Shown here: positions 54,671 to 63,770 of the stretch, in pieces | How the letters are laid out: each line of letters starts with the position of its first letter | How positions within the stretch are numbered: position 1 is the stretch's first letter | Source of the DNA: an uncultured Gammaproteobacteria bacterium | GTDB lineage: Bacteria; Patescibacteriota; Patescibacteriia; UBA1558; UBA10009 | DNA length: 64,000 nucleotides | Reading direction: 5' to 3' | NCBI GenBank assembly: GCA_964588165.1 | Contig: CAZPMS010000003.1 | Location: 74,031-138,030, forward strand | The notes under the pieces: model-generated | What the model saw: only the letters and a program-made list of their open reading frames with translations | What the model was told of the DNA's origin: nothing | The model's database searches: none | Position numbers and translations under genes: made by a program

Positions 54671-55908
54671 TTATAAATTTTACTTAATTCCCCGCTTACT
54701 TTATCATAGTTAATTTCTTTAGCAATAGAGCCATCTCTTAGCCTGAATTCAACGCTATTTTTGGTTTTTTTACCAACTATCAGCTGAATTGCCAAGCCCA
54801 TTAAATCAGCATCCTTTAGCTTAACCCCGGCTGATTCTTCCCTATCGTCATATAAAACCTCAAAACCTGATTTTACTAATTTTTCATACAGCTTATTTGT
54901 TTCAGTTTTTTTGCTTTCATCCAGTAAAACCAGATGGGCATGGAACGGACTTATTTCTTTAGGCCAGATAATGCCTTTATCATCATGATAAACTTCAACA
55001 ACTGATCCCATTACTCTGGAGGGTCCAAAACCGTAGCAGCCCATAATTACTTCCTGATCTTTTCCGCTTTCATCTGTATAGGTTAACTTCATATCATGGG
55101 AATATTTACACCCCAGTTTAAATATGTTTCCCACTTCAATAGATTTAATTAAATTTATCTTTTGGCGGCATTTAGGACATTTACCTCCGTCTTTTAATTT
55201 ACTGATCTCGGTATTTTCTGCAAAATCACATTTTTGGCATACTAAAACTTCATCCTCACCATAAGGCGTTGCTACCTGGAACTCATGGGAATTTTCATCA
55301 GAAAAATCACCACCCGAGGCTTCAGTTACTATAGACTTAAGCCCTAAACGCTTAAAAATATTCTGATATGCCCCAATGGCTTTTTGGTAAAAATCGTTCA
55401 AGTCTTTTTCGTCCTTATGGAAGCTATATAAATCTTTCATGCTAAATTCCCTGCCCCTAAGCAAACCGGATTTGGCTCTGGGTTCATTTCTAAACTTATC
55501 CTGAATCTGATACAAATAAACCGGCAGATCACGGTAAGATTTAATAAATTTCCTGGCAATATCTACAACAACTTCTTCGTGGCTTACGCCTAAACCGATT
55601 TCTTTTTCTTCTCTGCCTTTAAACTGGAACATTATCTCCTTTAATGTATCCCAGCGTCTTGTTTCCTGCCATAATTCTTTAGACTGTAAAGCAGGCATAT
55701 ATATTTCTTGGCTGCCAATGGCATCCATTTCTTCTCTTACAATATTTTGGATTTTTGTTAAAACCCTAACACCCAAAGGCAGATAGCTGTAAACTCCCGC
55801 CAGCTGCTTATTAATGTATCCTGCCCTGGCCAAAAGCTGGGCATTGGTTGAAACTTCATCCTTGGGCGCTTCTCTTAAGGTTTTGGAAAATAGTTGTGAT
55901 TGTAGCAT
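54664..55908 (-). CDS. proS: Proline--tRNA ligase (short bacterial type without INS editing domain)
   Basis: MLQSQLFSKTLREAPKDEVSTNAQLLARAGYINKQLAGVYSYLPLGVRVLTKIQNIVREEM; class II motifs; Cys-rich Zn-binding segment. Confidence 0.85.
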   Translation of the reverse strand: MLQSQLFSKTLREAPKDEVSTNAQLLARAGYINKQLAGVYSYLPLGVRVLTKIQNIVREEMDAIGSQEIYMPALQSKELWQETRRWDTLKEIMFQFKGREEKEIGLGVSHEEVVVDIARKFIKSYRDLPVYLYQIQDKFRNEPRAKSGLLRGREFSMKDLYSFHKDEKDLNDFYQKAIGAYQNIFKRLGLKSIVTEASGGDFSDENSHEFQVATPYGEDEVLVCQKCDFAENTEISKLKDGGKCPKCRQKINLIKSIEVGNIFKLGCKYSHDMKLTYTDESGKDQEVIMGCYGFGPSRVMGSVVEVYHDDKGIIWPKEISPFHAHLVLLDESKKTETNKLYEKLVKSGFEVLYDDREESAGVKLKDADLMGLAIQLIVGKKTKNSVEFRLRDGSIAKEINYDKVSGELSKIYKC

Positions 55909-55960
55909 AATATAATGATTGATTATTAATGACTAATGATTAATGACTAATGATTAGTTA

Positions 55961-56266
55961 TCAATCATTAATTATTAATTTTATTCTCTCTGCTTCCTCT
56001 TCTACTGCCGGCTCATCATAATCGGCGCTATGTGCTTTAGCCCCTTTATAAATTTCTTTTTTTTGATCTAAATGAAGATTGAATCTATAATCTGTTTCGG
56101 TATCATCTATATAAAGATGAAATCTTGGGTAGTGCTGATTTTTAGATAGCCTTCTTACATAACTTATCTTACCGGTAAATCTGTCCTGAAGGCCAAAGTA
56201 GCCGCAGTTTCTTAAAGTGTCTCTTAAATTTCGGCTGAAACTTTCCTTATTTATATTAAAATTCAT
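55961..56266 (-). CDS. Hypothetical protein (101 aa)
   Basis: No recognised domain. Confidence 0.35.
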   Translation of the reverse strand: MNFNINKESFSRNLRDTLRNCGYFGLQDRFTGKISYVRRLSKNQHYPRFHLYIDDTETDYRFNLHLDQKKEIYKGAKAHSADYDEPAVEEEAERIKLIIND

Positions 56267-56273
56267 GACTCAA

Positions 56274-57386
56274 TTAAAATAAATTCTTTACTTTTTCTAT
56301 TAGAGTAGAACTATATCTGGCAAAATCCCTATAAGTTATAACTACTATAAAAAGCATTAGTAAGCCAAAACCTAAATTATGAATAACATTCTCAATTACC
56401 CTATTATTAGGCCGGCCTCTTAATTTTTCAATAATAGTCCCGATAAATCTGCCGCCATCCAAAGCCGGGAATGGGAAAAAATTTAAAACGGCTAAGTTTA
56501 TGGATAAAATAGCGGTAAAACGCAAAACATACCTAAAACCTAAATCAACCATCTGGCCGGTAACAGCTGCTACACCAACCGGGCCGGCAATATCGGGAGA
56601 CAGGCCTTTGCCTACAATTAAATTAACAATTATAGAATAAAATGCAGAAATAATAGCAAGTAAAAGGCTGATGGTAGTTTTAAAACCATAATATATGCTT
56701 TCAAAAAAACCGTGCTTTACTATGCCAATTTGGATTAAATTAACTCCCATGGCCTTTGTTTCTAAAAAATTTTCTATAGACGCCTGAGTAACAATAATTT
56801 CCTCAATTTTTTCTTGCCTCCTAAATTGTATTAAAAGCTCTTTATCTTGATTTTCCCTTAAATACTGTTGCATCTGATCAACACTTTTTATTTCTTGCCC
56901 ATCTATTTTTAAAACATAATCTCCCAACTTTAATCCAGCCTGATCAGCCGGTGAATTATCTAATACGCCAGCTATTTGGACCTGAACTGCTGAAACACTA
57001 CTATTATCCGCTACATTACTATCTACCACGCTTGGCATGCCGATCATAAAGCCAAAAGAAATTAATACAAAGGCCAAAAATACATTCATAAAAACTCCGG
57101 CCGAAAGAACAACAGATTTTTTCCAAAAAGGCTTATTGGCAAAACTATCAGTTTCTTCTCGGCTACTGCCGTCTTCTCCTTTAATTTTTACAAAACCGCC
57201 CAAAGGTATCCAATTAATAGAATACATTGTTTCTTTCTTTTTAAAGCCCCAAATTCTGGGAGGAAAACCAAAACCAAATTCCTCAACTTTCATTCCGGAC
57301 TTTTTGGCAGTAATAAAATGTCCAAATTCATGGACAAATATCAATAAGCCTAAAATTATGATAAATACAATTATTGTTATAAACAT
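56274..57386 (-). CDS. rseP: Site-2 protease RseP (M50 zinc metalloprotease with PDZ domain)
   Basis: HEFGHFITAK HExxH in TM1; PDZ segment; C-terminal LDGG motif (FPALDGGRF). Confidence 0.85.
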   Translation of the reverse strand: MFITIIVFIIILGLLIFVHEFGHFITAKKSGMKVEEFGFGFPPRIWGFKKKETMYSINWIPLGGFVKIKGEDGSSREETDSFANKPFWKKSVVLSAGVFMNVFLAFVLISFGFMIGMPSVVDSNVADNSSVSAVQVQIAGVLDNSPADQAGLKLGDYVLKIDGQEIKSVDQMQQYLRENQDKELLIQFRRQEKIEEIIVTQASIENFLETKAMGVNLIQIGIVKHGFFESIYYGFKTTISLLLAIISAFYSIIVNLIVGKGLSPDIAGPVGVAAVTGQMVDLGFRYVLRFTAILSINLAVLNFFPFPALDGGRFIGTIIEKLRGRPNNRVIENVIHNLGFGLLMLFIVVITYRDFARYSSTLIEKVKNLF

Positions 57387-57514
57387 AAAATTTCTAAATT
57401 CTAATATCTAAACTCTAAATAAGTTCTAAATTCAAATTTTATTAACTTTTTATTATTTTAAATTTTGGCTATTAAAATTTGTTTAAAATTTATTATTTAG
57501 TGCTTAGAATTTAA

Positions 57515-58069
57515 TTATATGGTCATTATTTCTTCTTCTTTGTTTTTACTTAACTCCTTAACCTGCTCATTATAACTTTTAACCAATTCATCCAACTCTT
57601 CCAATCGCTTAAACTTATCATCTTCAGAAATTTCTTTGTTCTTTTCCTGATTAACCACTTGGTCTTTAGCTTTTTCTCTTTGGTTACGGATGCTCACCCT
57701 GGAATCTTCAGTTTTTTGATTCAATTTTTTACTAATCTCTTTCCTAGTTTCTTCTGTAAGCGGTGGAATGTTAATAATTATCAAATCATCTTTAACCACC
57801 GGACTGGCGCCAAGCTCTGCTTGCTGCAAAGCTCTTTCTATTTCTTTAAGCAAATTTTTATCCCAGGGTTGAATAGTGATTGTTTTAGGATCAGCGGCCG
57901 AAATGCTGGCCAGATGAATAATTGGCGTAGGAGTACCATAAGAATCAACCTGGATATTTTCCACCAATGAAGGTGTAGCCCGGCCAATTCTTAAATTATT
58001 AATTTCTTTTTTATAATACTCAATTATCTTCTCAAAATTTCCTTTAAAGTTATCTATGAAGTCGCTCAT
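57515..58069 (-). CDS. frr: Ribosome recycling factor
   Basis: LRIGRATPSLVENIQVDSYGTPTPI... RRF signature. Confidence 0.9.
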   Translation of the reverse strand: MSDFIDNFKGNFEKIIEYYKKEINNLRIGRATPSLVENIQVDSYGTPTPIIHLASISAADPKTITIQPWDKNLLKEIERALQQAELGASPVVKDDLIIINIPPLTEETRKEISKKLNQKTEDSRVSIRNQREKAKDQVVNQEKNKEISEDDKFKRLEELDELVKSYNEQVKELSKNKEEEIMTI

Positions 58070-58107
58070 AATATTATTAATTATTGGTTATGGATTATAG
58101 TTTTTAG

Positions 58108-59163
58108 TTATTTTATCTGTTTTACGCCAAGATATAAAATATTAGGATTAATAGGATCTAAAAATATATATTTAGCTGCCCTGGATGAAGGCAATGACCT
58201 AGTAATCCAGTTTTCTCCATTATCTAAAGATCTATACAAGGTTGAAGAAATGCCATAATAAATTTCCTTATCATCTTGGGGGTTTATGGCTAAAGAATAA
58301 ATAGTAGAAGTACTGGGAGGGGTTAATAGTTTAATATCCTGCCAGCTGGCTCCACCATCTCTGCTTCTGAGTAATCCATATTGAGAAGCATAAAGTAGTC
58401 CATCATCAACTGTTGGATCTAAAATGATATTCCTATATGTCATAACGTTTTTCTTTTCCTTTTTTATTTCATCCGAAATAATTTGGTTCCAGCTTGCTCC
58501 AGCATCGGTAGTTTTAAAAATACCTTTACTATTGGTAGCTACATAAATTATCCTAGTATCAGTATTATTTACTAAAACCTTAGTTACTCTGGAATCAAAA
58601 AACTTAACGGCATGCCAGGAAAAGCCGCCATCTTCACTCTTAAATAAACCATATCCGGAGGTTCCGGCATATATTATATTAGTGTTATACGAATCAACAG
58701 CCAATGAAGTAATTTGATTCTTAGGATCCTTTCTAGTTTCTATTAATTGATAAGTCCAGTGCCGGTTACAATCAGTGCTTTTATAAACTCTGTTTCCAAT
58801 GGCTGCATAAATAACACAGCGTTCTTGAGGGCTTACTTTTATATCATTAATTCTGCCCAAGCCAGTTAAGGCTTGATGCCAGCCAATGCCGCCATCGTAA
58901 GTGTAATACATGCCTTGCTCCTGGGTGCCAATATAAATGGCCTGGGTATCTGTTGGATCCATGGTCATACTGGTTAAATCCACTGTACTAAAGGTTTTCT
59001 TTAAATCTCCAACGCGATAAACCAAGGTAATTTGTTCCCAGTTGTCACCATAATCTGCTGTTTTATAAACTCCGCCATCTACACCTCCTCTGGTTTTAAA
59101 GCTAATGGAACAGCCTGTTAAAACTAAAATACCAAGAAGCGGGATAATAAAAAGTTTTTTCAT
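58108..59163 (-). CDS. Lipoprotein with BNR/Asp-box repeats (sortilin/Ycf48-like beta-propeller)
   Basis: Lipobox LVLTGC; repeated SxDxGxxW motifs (YDGGIGW, SEDGGFSWH, TDAGASWN, RDGGASWQ, LDNGENW). Confidence 0.6.
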   Translation of the reverse strand: MKKLFIIPLLGILVLTGCSISFKTRGGVDGGVYKTADYGDNWEQITLVYRVGDLKKTFSTVDLTSMTMDPTDTQAIYIGTQEQGMYYTYDGGIGWHQALTGLGRINDIKVSPQERCVIYAAIGNRVYKSTDCNRHWTYQLIETRKDPKNQITSLAVDSYNTNIIYAGTSGYGLFKSEDGGFSWHAVKFFDSRVTKVLVNNTDTRIIYVATNSKGIFKTTDAGASWNQIISDEIKKEKKNVMTYRNIILDPTVDDGLLYASQYGLLRSRDGGASWQDIKLLTPPSTSTIYSLAINPQDDKEIYYGISSTLYRSLDNGENWITRSLPSSRAAKYIFLDPINPNILYLGVKQIK

Positions 59164-60092
59164 AAGTTTAAGAGTAAATTTTCTAAAATCAATTTTGGTT
59201 GAACATTGCCTTTTAAATCACTTTTGGCCTGGTCGGTTAAATAAAGTAAGTTTAAGGCTTTTTTTGATGAAATATTAATATTTGAATTTATTGATTCCTT
59301 TGGATTTAAATAATCTATTTCAATATTTTTTAAAAGCAAGCTTCTGGCAACTGATTCAAAGTTATCTAAAAAAGTTAAGGCGGCCTTGGCTTTTGATTGC
59401 AGATCTTTTAAAGAATCCAATAATTCGGCAATTACCTGCCAGCGTTGGTTAATATCAGCCTTAAATAATTTAAAAATCAATTGCTGATACTTATCATATT
59501 TGCTAAACAATTCCTCATCATCAACTAAACCAGATGCTATGCCCGGGCGTCCATTAGACAGGCCCACTATCTGATTTAATTTATCTTTATCCTTAATTTT
59601 ATCTGCTAAATCTTTTTTTATCTCACTGGACGGTACCGGTAAAAATCTGACAACTATACTTCTGGAAATAATCGTATCCAAAAGCTTTTGCCAATCGGAA
59701 GTGATTATGATAATAACTGTTTTGTCAGTAGGTTCTTCTATAGTTTTAAGTAAAGCATTGGCTGACTGGCGGTTTAGTTTTTCCCCCTCATAAATTATTC
59801 CTACCTTATACTGATCAGAAAATGACTTTAAGGAAAGGGCCCTGCGCCACTGCCTTACTTGTTCTATGCTAATATCTTTTTTGCCTTCTTCCACCTTTAG
59901 CGGGTAAAGCTCGGTGGTGGCTGATTTACCACTGCCAATAATCTCTTGGGCAAATTTTTCAGCTACAGCTGTTTTACCTAAGCCTTCTATGCCATAAAAA
60001 AGATAGGTACTGGCCAACCTATTTTGTTTAATGCTGCTTATTAAGAATTTTACTATATTTTGATGTCCAATGATATCCCAATTTTGCTCCAT
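59160..60092 (-). CDS. holB: DNA polymerase III delta-prime-like clamp-loader subunit
   Basis: AAA+ P-loop YLFYGIEGLGKTAVAEKFAQEI; SRS/sensor-1-like region; 4-nt overlap with the upstream gene. Confidence 0.7.
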   Translation of the reverse strand: MEQNWDIIGHQNIVKFLISSIKQNRLASTYLFYGIEGLGKTAVAEKFAQEIIGSGKSATTELYPLKVEEGKKDISIEQVRQWRRALSLKSFSDQYKVGIIYEGEKLNRQSANALLKTIEEPTDKTVIIIITSDWQKLLDTIISRSIVVRFLPVPSSEIKKDLADKIKDKDKLNQIVGLSNGRPGIASGLVDDEELFSKYDKYQQLIFKLFKADINQRWQVIAELLDSLKDLQSKAKAALTFLDNFESVARSLLLKNIEIDYLNPKESINSNINISSKKALNLLYLTDQAKSDLKGNVQPKLILENLLLNL

Positions 60093-60211
60093 AAGTTAGT
60101 AAATTATAGCAGTTTAAAGGCTAAATTGTCAAAGAAATTAGCTATCTTGACAAAATATTCAATATATGCTATACTAATCTATTAAGTTCTTCACAAAACC
60201 CGGAGGAAGTG

Positions 60212-60763
60212 ATGAAAAAGGTATGGATATACCTGCTTATTGCGGCCTCCCTTATGGATGAGGTCGTAGTTATTATTGTTAGTTTTTTAACCAACAATGA
60301 TAAGATTCTTAGTCCAGCTATGGGAATCAGCCTTTTAAGCACAATTACAATCATTTGGTTAGTAATTCTGATTAAGCGTAATGAAAACAAGAGAAGACTT
60401 TGGGTGGGATTTACCGGAAAAGGCAGTGTATTAATAGGCCTTCTCTCAATTCTTATCTCAATTTTAGTAGTTCCCTTATTCTTCTCAATTTTAGAAAGTA
60501 CCATTGGCTTAGCTGATGGAGCTGGGTATCTTGGAATTATATTTGGAATGGCATTAGGTATGATGCCTGCTACTCTACTGGGGATAAGACCTTCCCTAAT
60601 TGCCAGTTTAGCTCCAGCCTTAGTCAACTTCCAATTGTGGCAGTTGAGCCTGGCAACATCGTTTGATCAGTATCTTCCAGTAACTATGCTTCTATGGGCC
60701 ACTGCGGCAATCTTGTCGGTTGGCACCAAGCATTACGTTGCTACAGGACGCTTAGCCCGTTGA
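60212..60763 (+). CDS. Hypothetical polytopic membrane protein; higher GC
   Basis: ATG at 60212 is preceded by ggagg (5-nt spacer). Preferred over the overlapping minus-strand ORF 60169-60627, which lacks an SD and looks like a low-complexity shadow. Confidence 0.5.
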   Translation: MKKVWIYLLIAASLMDEVVVIIVSFLTNNDKILSPAMGISLLSTITIIWLVILIKRNENKRRLWVGFTGKGSVLIGLLSILISILVVPLFFSILESTIGLADGAGYLGIIFGMALGMMPATLLGIRPSLIASLAPALVNFQLWQLSLATSFDQYLPVTMLLWATAAILSVGTKHYVATGRLAR

Positions 60764-60774
60764 TATTCAGTACA

Positions 60775-61194
60775 TCAGCGGGTTTTTCTTTTATCTAATT
60801 CCAAATTTACTAACCTATCGGCTGCTTTGTTCATTTCTCTGGAAATATGATTATATTCTACCTTTTTAATTTTTTGAGCCAGATTCCAAATTTTAACAAA
60901 CAAACTTTGCAGTTCCAGATTTTTTACTTTAAAATTTCCGCCCAGCTGATTAACTATCAGTTCGCTATCTAAATAAAAAACTACTTCTTCTGCTCCCAGC
61001 CTAATTGCCTCTTCCAATCCTAAAAGTGCGCCCTGGTATTCTGCCTGATTATTGGTTGCTTCACCCAAATATTTTGAGTGCTCCGAAATAACTTGGCCAG
61101 ATTCATCTTTAATAACTGCCCCGCAGGCAGCCGGACCCGGATTGCCTCTGGCTCCGCCATCAGAATAAATTAGAACTTTTTTATATTTTTCCAT
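60775..61194 (-). CDS. rnhA: Ribonuclease HI
   Basis: IYSDGGARGNPGPAACGAV...NNQAEYQGALLGLEEA, an RNase H type 1 signature (DEDD residues). Confidence 0.85.
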   Translation of the reverse strand: MEKYKKVLIYSDGGARGNPGPAACGAVIKDESGQVISEHSKYLGEATNNQAEYQGALLGLEEAIRLGAEEVVFYLDSELIVNQLGGNFKVKNLELQSLFVKIWNLAQKIKKVEYNHISREMNKAADRLVNLELDKRKTR

Positions 61195-61261
61195 ATTTTT
61201 TTTAAATCAATCTTTTAGTCCTTTATATAAAGATTATAAGATTAAAAGACTGGATAATTAA

Positions 61262-61753
61262 CTATTTTTTCTGTTTATAATATAAAACTTCAATGGCTCT
61301 AAGATTATCAGTTGGCTCGTCATTAGTAACTGATTCTATGATTTTATTTTCTTCAGTATCTTCAAATACTATAGTCCATTTGCCTTTATTTTTATTAAAT
61401 ATGCAATCTGGGAAAAGCATATGATGATGCCAATGAATATTTTGTTTATTAAAACTTTTAGCTTTTTCAAGTATTATCTTGATATTTTTATCAGTTATTT
61501 CTAATTCTTTCTCTTCAACTATTTTATCCCCGTGAAGTAATTGTACTAATTCCTTCCCTTCTTTCATATACCTTTTATCAGAATAAACAACAAATACCTC
61601 ATCATCTATTTCATTTTCTAAAATAAAAGCCTGTTTATCTTTATTCTTATTATACATGCAGTCAGGAGTCAGCATATGGAAATGCCACCTTTTACCCGAT
61701 GTATGTATTTGCTTGGCAATTGATATTAATTCCTTAATTGATATTTCTTCCAT
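61262..61753 (-). CDS. Hypothetical protein with two tandem copies of a His-rich domain (WHFHMLTPDCMYNKNK / WHHHMLFPDCIFNKNK)
   Basis: Internal duplication visible in the protein; no recognised family. Confidence 0.4.
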   Translation of the reverse strand: MEEISIKELISIAKQIHTSGKRWHFHMLTPDCMYNKNKDKQAFILENEIDDEVFVVYSDKRYMKEGKELVQLLHGDKIVEEKELEITDKNIKIILEKAKSFNKQNIHWHHHMLFPDCIFNKNKGKWTIVFEDTEENKIIESVTNDEPTDNLRAIEVLYYKQKK

Positions 61754-61770
61754 AGTTGAAAAATATTTTA

Positions 61771-63480
61771 TTAATCCAACTTCTTAATATCAATAAGTGA
61801 TAATTGTATCTCTTTACTGCCATTCCATTCGTTAACACCGATTTCACACACGGCATCAATTTTATCACCGGGATTTAATTGGTCGCAGACTTCACCAAAG
61901 CCAAAGCAGATAATCTTTTTTTGCTCTGCCCCCTGCTTTACAATAAGCTTTAAATGATTTCCCTTAGCACCTACAGTTTCACTTAAACCTACTTCCAAAT
62001 TTTTTATTAAAAACCTGGGTTGGTAATTACCCATGCCAAATGGCCTAAACTGTTCTAAAATTTCTATAAGTTCCCAACCGGCTTCCTTTAGGCTAATCTC
62101 TTTATCTATGGTAAGCGAAGGGACTAAATCAGCTTTTTTTAATTTTTTATTGCCATATTCTATAAATTTCTGCTTAAACTCATCAAACTTATCTTTAGTT
62201 ATACTAAAACCAGCTGCGCCTTTATGACCGCCGTATTTTATAAAATAATCGGAAAAATCATTTAAAGATTCAATTAAATTAAAGCCACTAATGCTACGGC
62301 CGGATCCAACATATCTGCTGCCATCAAAACTTAAAGCAATAGCTGGTTTGGCATATTCTTGAGTTATTTTTCCAGCCACTAAACCAATAACTCCTGGGTT
62401 CCAATCTTCACCCCAGGCAAATAAAACTTTATTATCTTTCTGCTTTTCAACTTGAATTTTAGCTTCATTAACCAGTTTTTCAGTTAATGATTGGCGATCT
62501 ATATTACTTTTATAAAGTTGGCTGGCTATAGTAATGGCTTCTTCTATATTTTCTGTGGTCAGTAATTGGTAGGCGTTATTGGCGTGGGCCATCCTGCCGG
62601 CCGCATTAATCCGTGGGGCAATCTGCCAGCCAATGGTTTTGGCATCAATTTTTTCTGTATTTATAGCGCCAACTTCAAATAATTTCTGCAGTCCTAAATT
62701 TTTAGTTTTAGCCAAGACAATAATGCCATGCTTAACTAAAGTTCTATTTTCACCAATTAAAGGAACCATGTCGGCTACGGTACTTATGGCCACTAAATCC
62801 AGCAACCATTTTTCAAAAACATCCTTTTCTTCGTCCCTTGTCCCTGATCTCTGATCCCTAATTATTGCTTGGGCCAATTTAAAAGCTACTCCCCCGCCAG
62901 CCAAATCATGAAAAGGATATTTTTTATCTAACCGTGGGTGGATAATGGCTACCGCTTTTGGCAAATCATCCGGAATATGGTGATGGTCGGTGATTACTAC
63001 ATCTATTCTCATTTCATTTGCAATATCCACTTCTTCTTTATTGCTGATTCCACAATCAACGGTAATAATTAAATTAACTTTTTTTTCTCCAAATTCTTTA
63101 ATAACTTTACTGTTAAGGCCATAACCTTCTTTTTCTCTGTCTGGCAGATAAGTTTCAAAATCAAGGCCTATTTTATTAAAGACCTTGGCTAAAATGGCTG
63201 AACCACAAACTCCGTCGGCATCATAGTCGCCATAGATAATTACTTTTTCATTTTTTTCTTTAGATTGATAAATTCTTTTAACTGCCTTTTTCATATCAGT
63301 GAACAAAAAAGGATCATGAATATCCTGCGAATAATCGGGATGTAAAAACTCGTCAATTTGATCTTGAGAAGTTAAACCTCTATCAAATAAAAGTTGTAAA
63401 GCAGCCGGATTTACCTCCGGGAATTGTTTTATTTTATCATCTGTTAATGGCTCTTTTACCAGCCATTTATATTTGTTCAT
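61771..63480 (-). CDS. recJ: Single-stranded-DNA-specific exonuclease RecJ
   Basis: DHH motifs (IIYGDYDADGVCG, VITDHHH), DHHA1 domain and C-terminal OB-fold. Confidence 0.9.
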   Translation of the reverse strand: MNKYKWLVKEPLTDDKIKQFPEVNPAALQLLFDRGLTSQDQIDEFLHPDYSQDIHDPFLFTDMKKAVKRIYQSKEKNEKVIIYGDYDADGVCGSAILAKVFNKIGLDFETYLPDREKEGYGLNSKVIKEFGEKKVNLIITVDCGISNKEEVDIANEMRIDVVITDHHHIPDDLPKAVAIIHPRLDKKYPFHDLAGGGVAFKLAQAIIRDQRSGTRDEEKDVFEKWLLDLVAISTVADMVPLIGENRTLVKHGIIVLAKTKNLGLQKLFEVGAINTEKIDAKTIGWQIAPRINAAGRMAHANNAYQLLTTENIEEAITIASQLYKSNIDRQSLTEKLVNEAKIQVEKQKDNKVLFAWGEDWNPGVIGLVAGKITQEYAKPAIALSFDGSRYVGSGRSISGFNLIESLNDFSDYFIKYGGHKGAAGFSITKDKFDEFKQKFIEYGNKKLKKADLVPSLTIDKEISLKEAGWELIEILEQFRPFGMGNYQPRFLIKNLEVGLSETVGAKGNHLKLIVKQGAEQKKIICFGFGEVCDQLNPGDKIDAVCEIGVNEWNGSKEIQLSLIDIKKLD

Positions 63481-63483
63481 ATT

Positions 63484-63770
63484 TATTCTAAATAATCAAT
63501 ATTAATAATTTCTTTCCCTGTATTGTGATGATTATGATAAGAAGAATAAAGCCAATCAATCGGATCATCAACTATTCTATGTTTAGCTGCGTTTTGATCA
63601 ATGTATTCCAGTTTATTGAATAGTTCTTCATCTGAACGGATTATTCTATCGTGGAATGATTTTTGCCAAACCGGTTTGCCAAGAATAAATTTCTCGGCTA
63701 CGTGGGGTGATTGGTTGAATTTCTCAGCTTCGTTGAGGAGCGCCCTCCTGTACTTATTGGCAAATCTACC
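63484..63770 (-). pseudogene. Remnant of an IS200/RAYT-family (Y1 HUH) transposase: C-terminal half only
   Basis: Own translation of the minus strand: ...ANKYRRALLNEAEKFNQSPHVAEKFILGKPVWQKSFHDRIIRSDEELFNKLEYIDQNAAKHRIVDDPIDWLYSSYHNHHN. It matches the RayT C-terminal pattern WQxRFxxHxIRxEEx...YIxxNPVKxGLVxxxxxWxWSS. No HuH N-terminal half is present; its expected position is occupied by the recJ-like duplicate. Confidence 0.5.

Noticed and set aside
57387-57514. tctaaa-rich repeats between rseP and frr
   Set aside because: Simple AT-rich low-complexity spacer; no consistent unit length or flanking structure.
60169-60627. Minus-strand 152-aa ORF overlapping the plus-strand membrane protein
   Set aside because: The plus-strand ORF has a GGAGG SD and clean TM-helix periodicity. 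The minus ORF is a Pro/Ile/Arg-rich mirror without start context.
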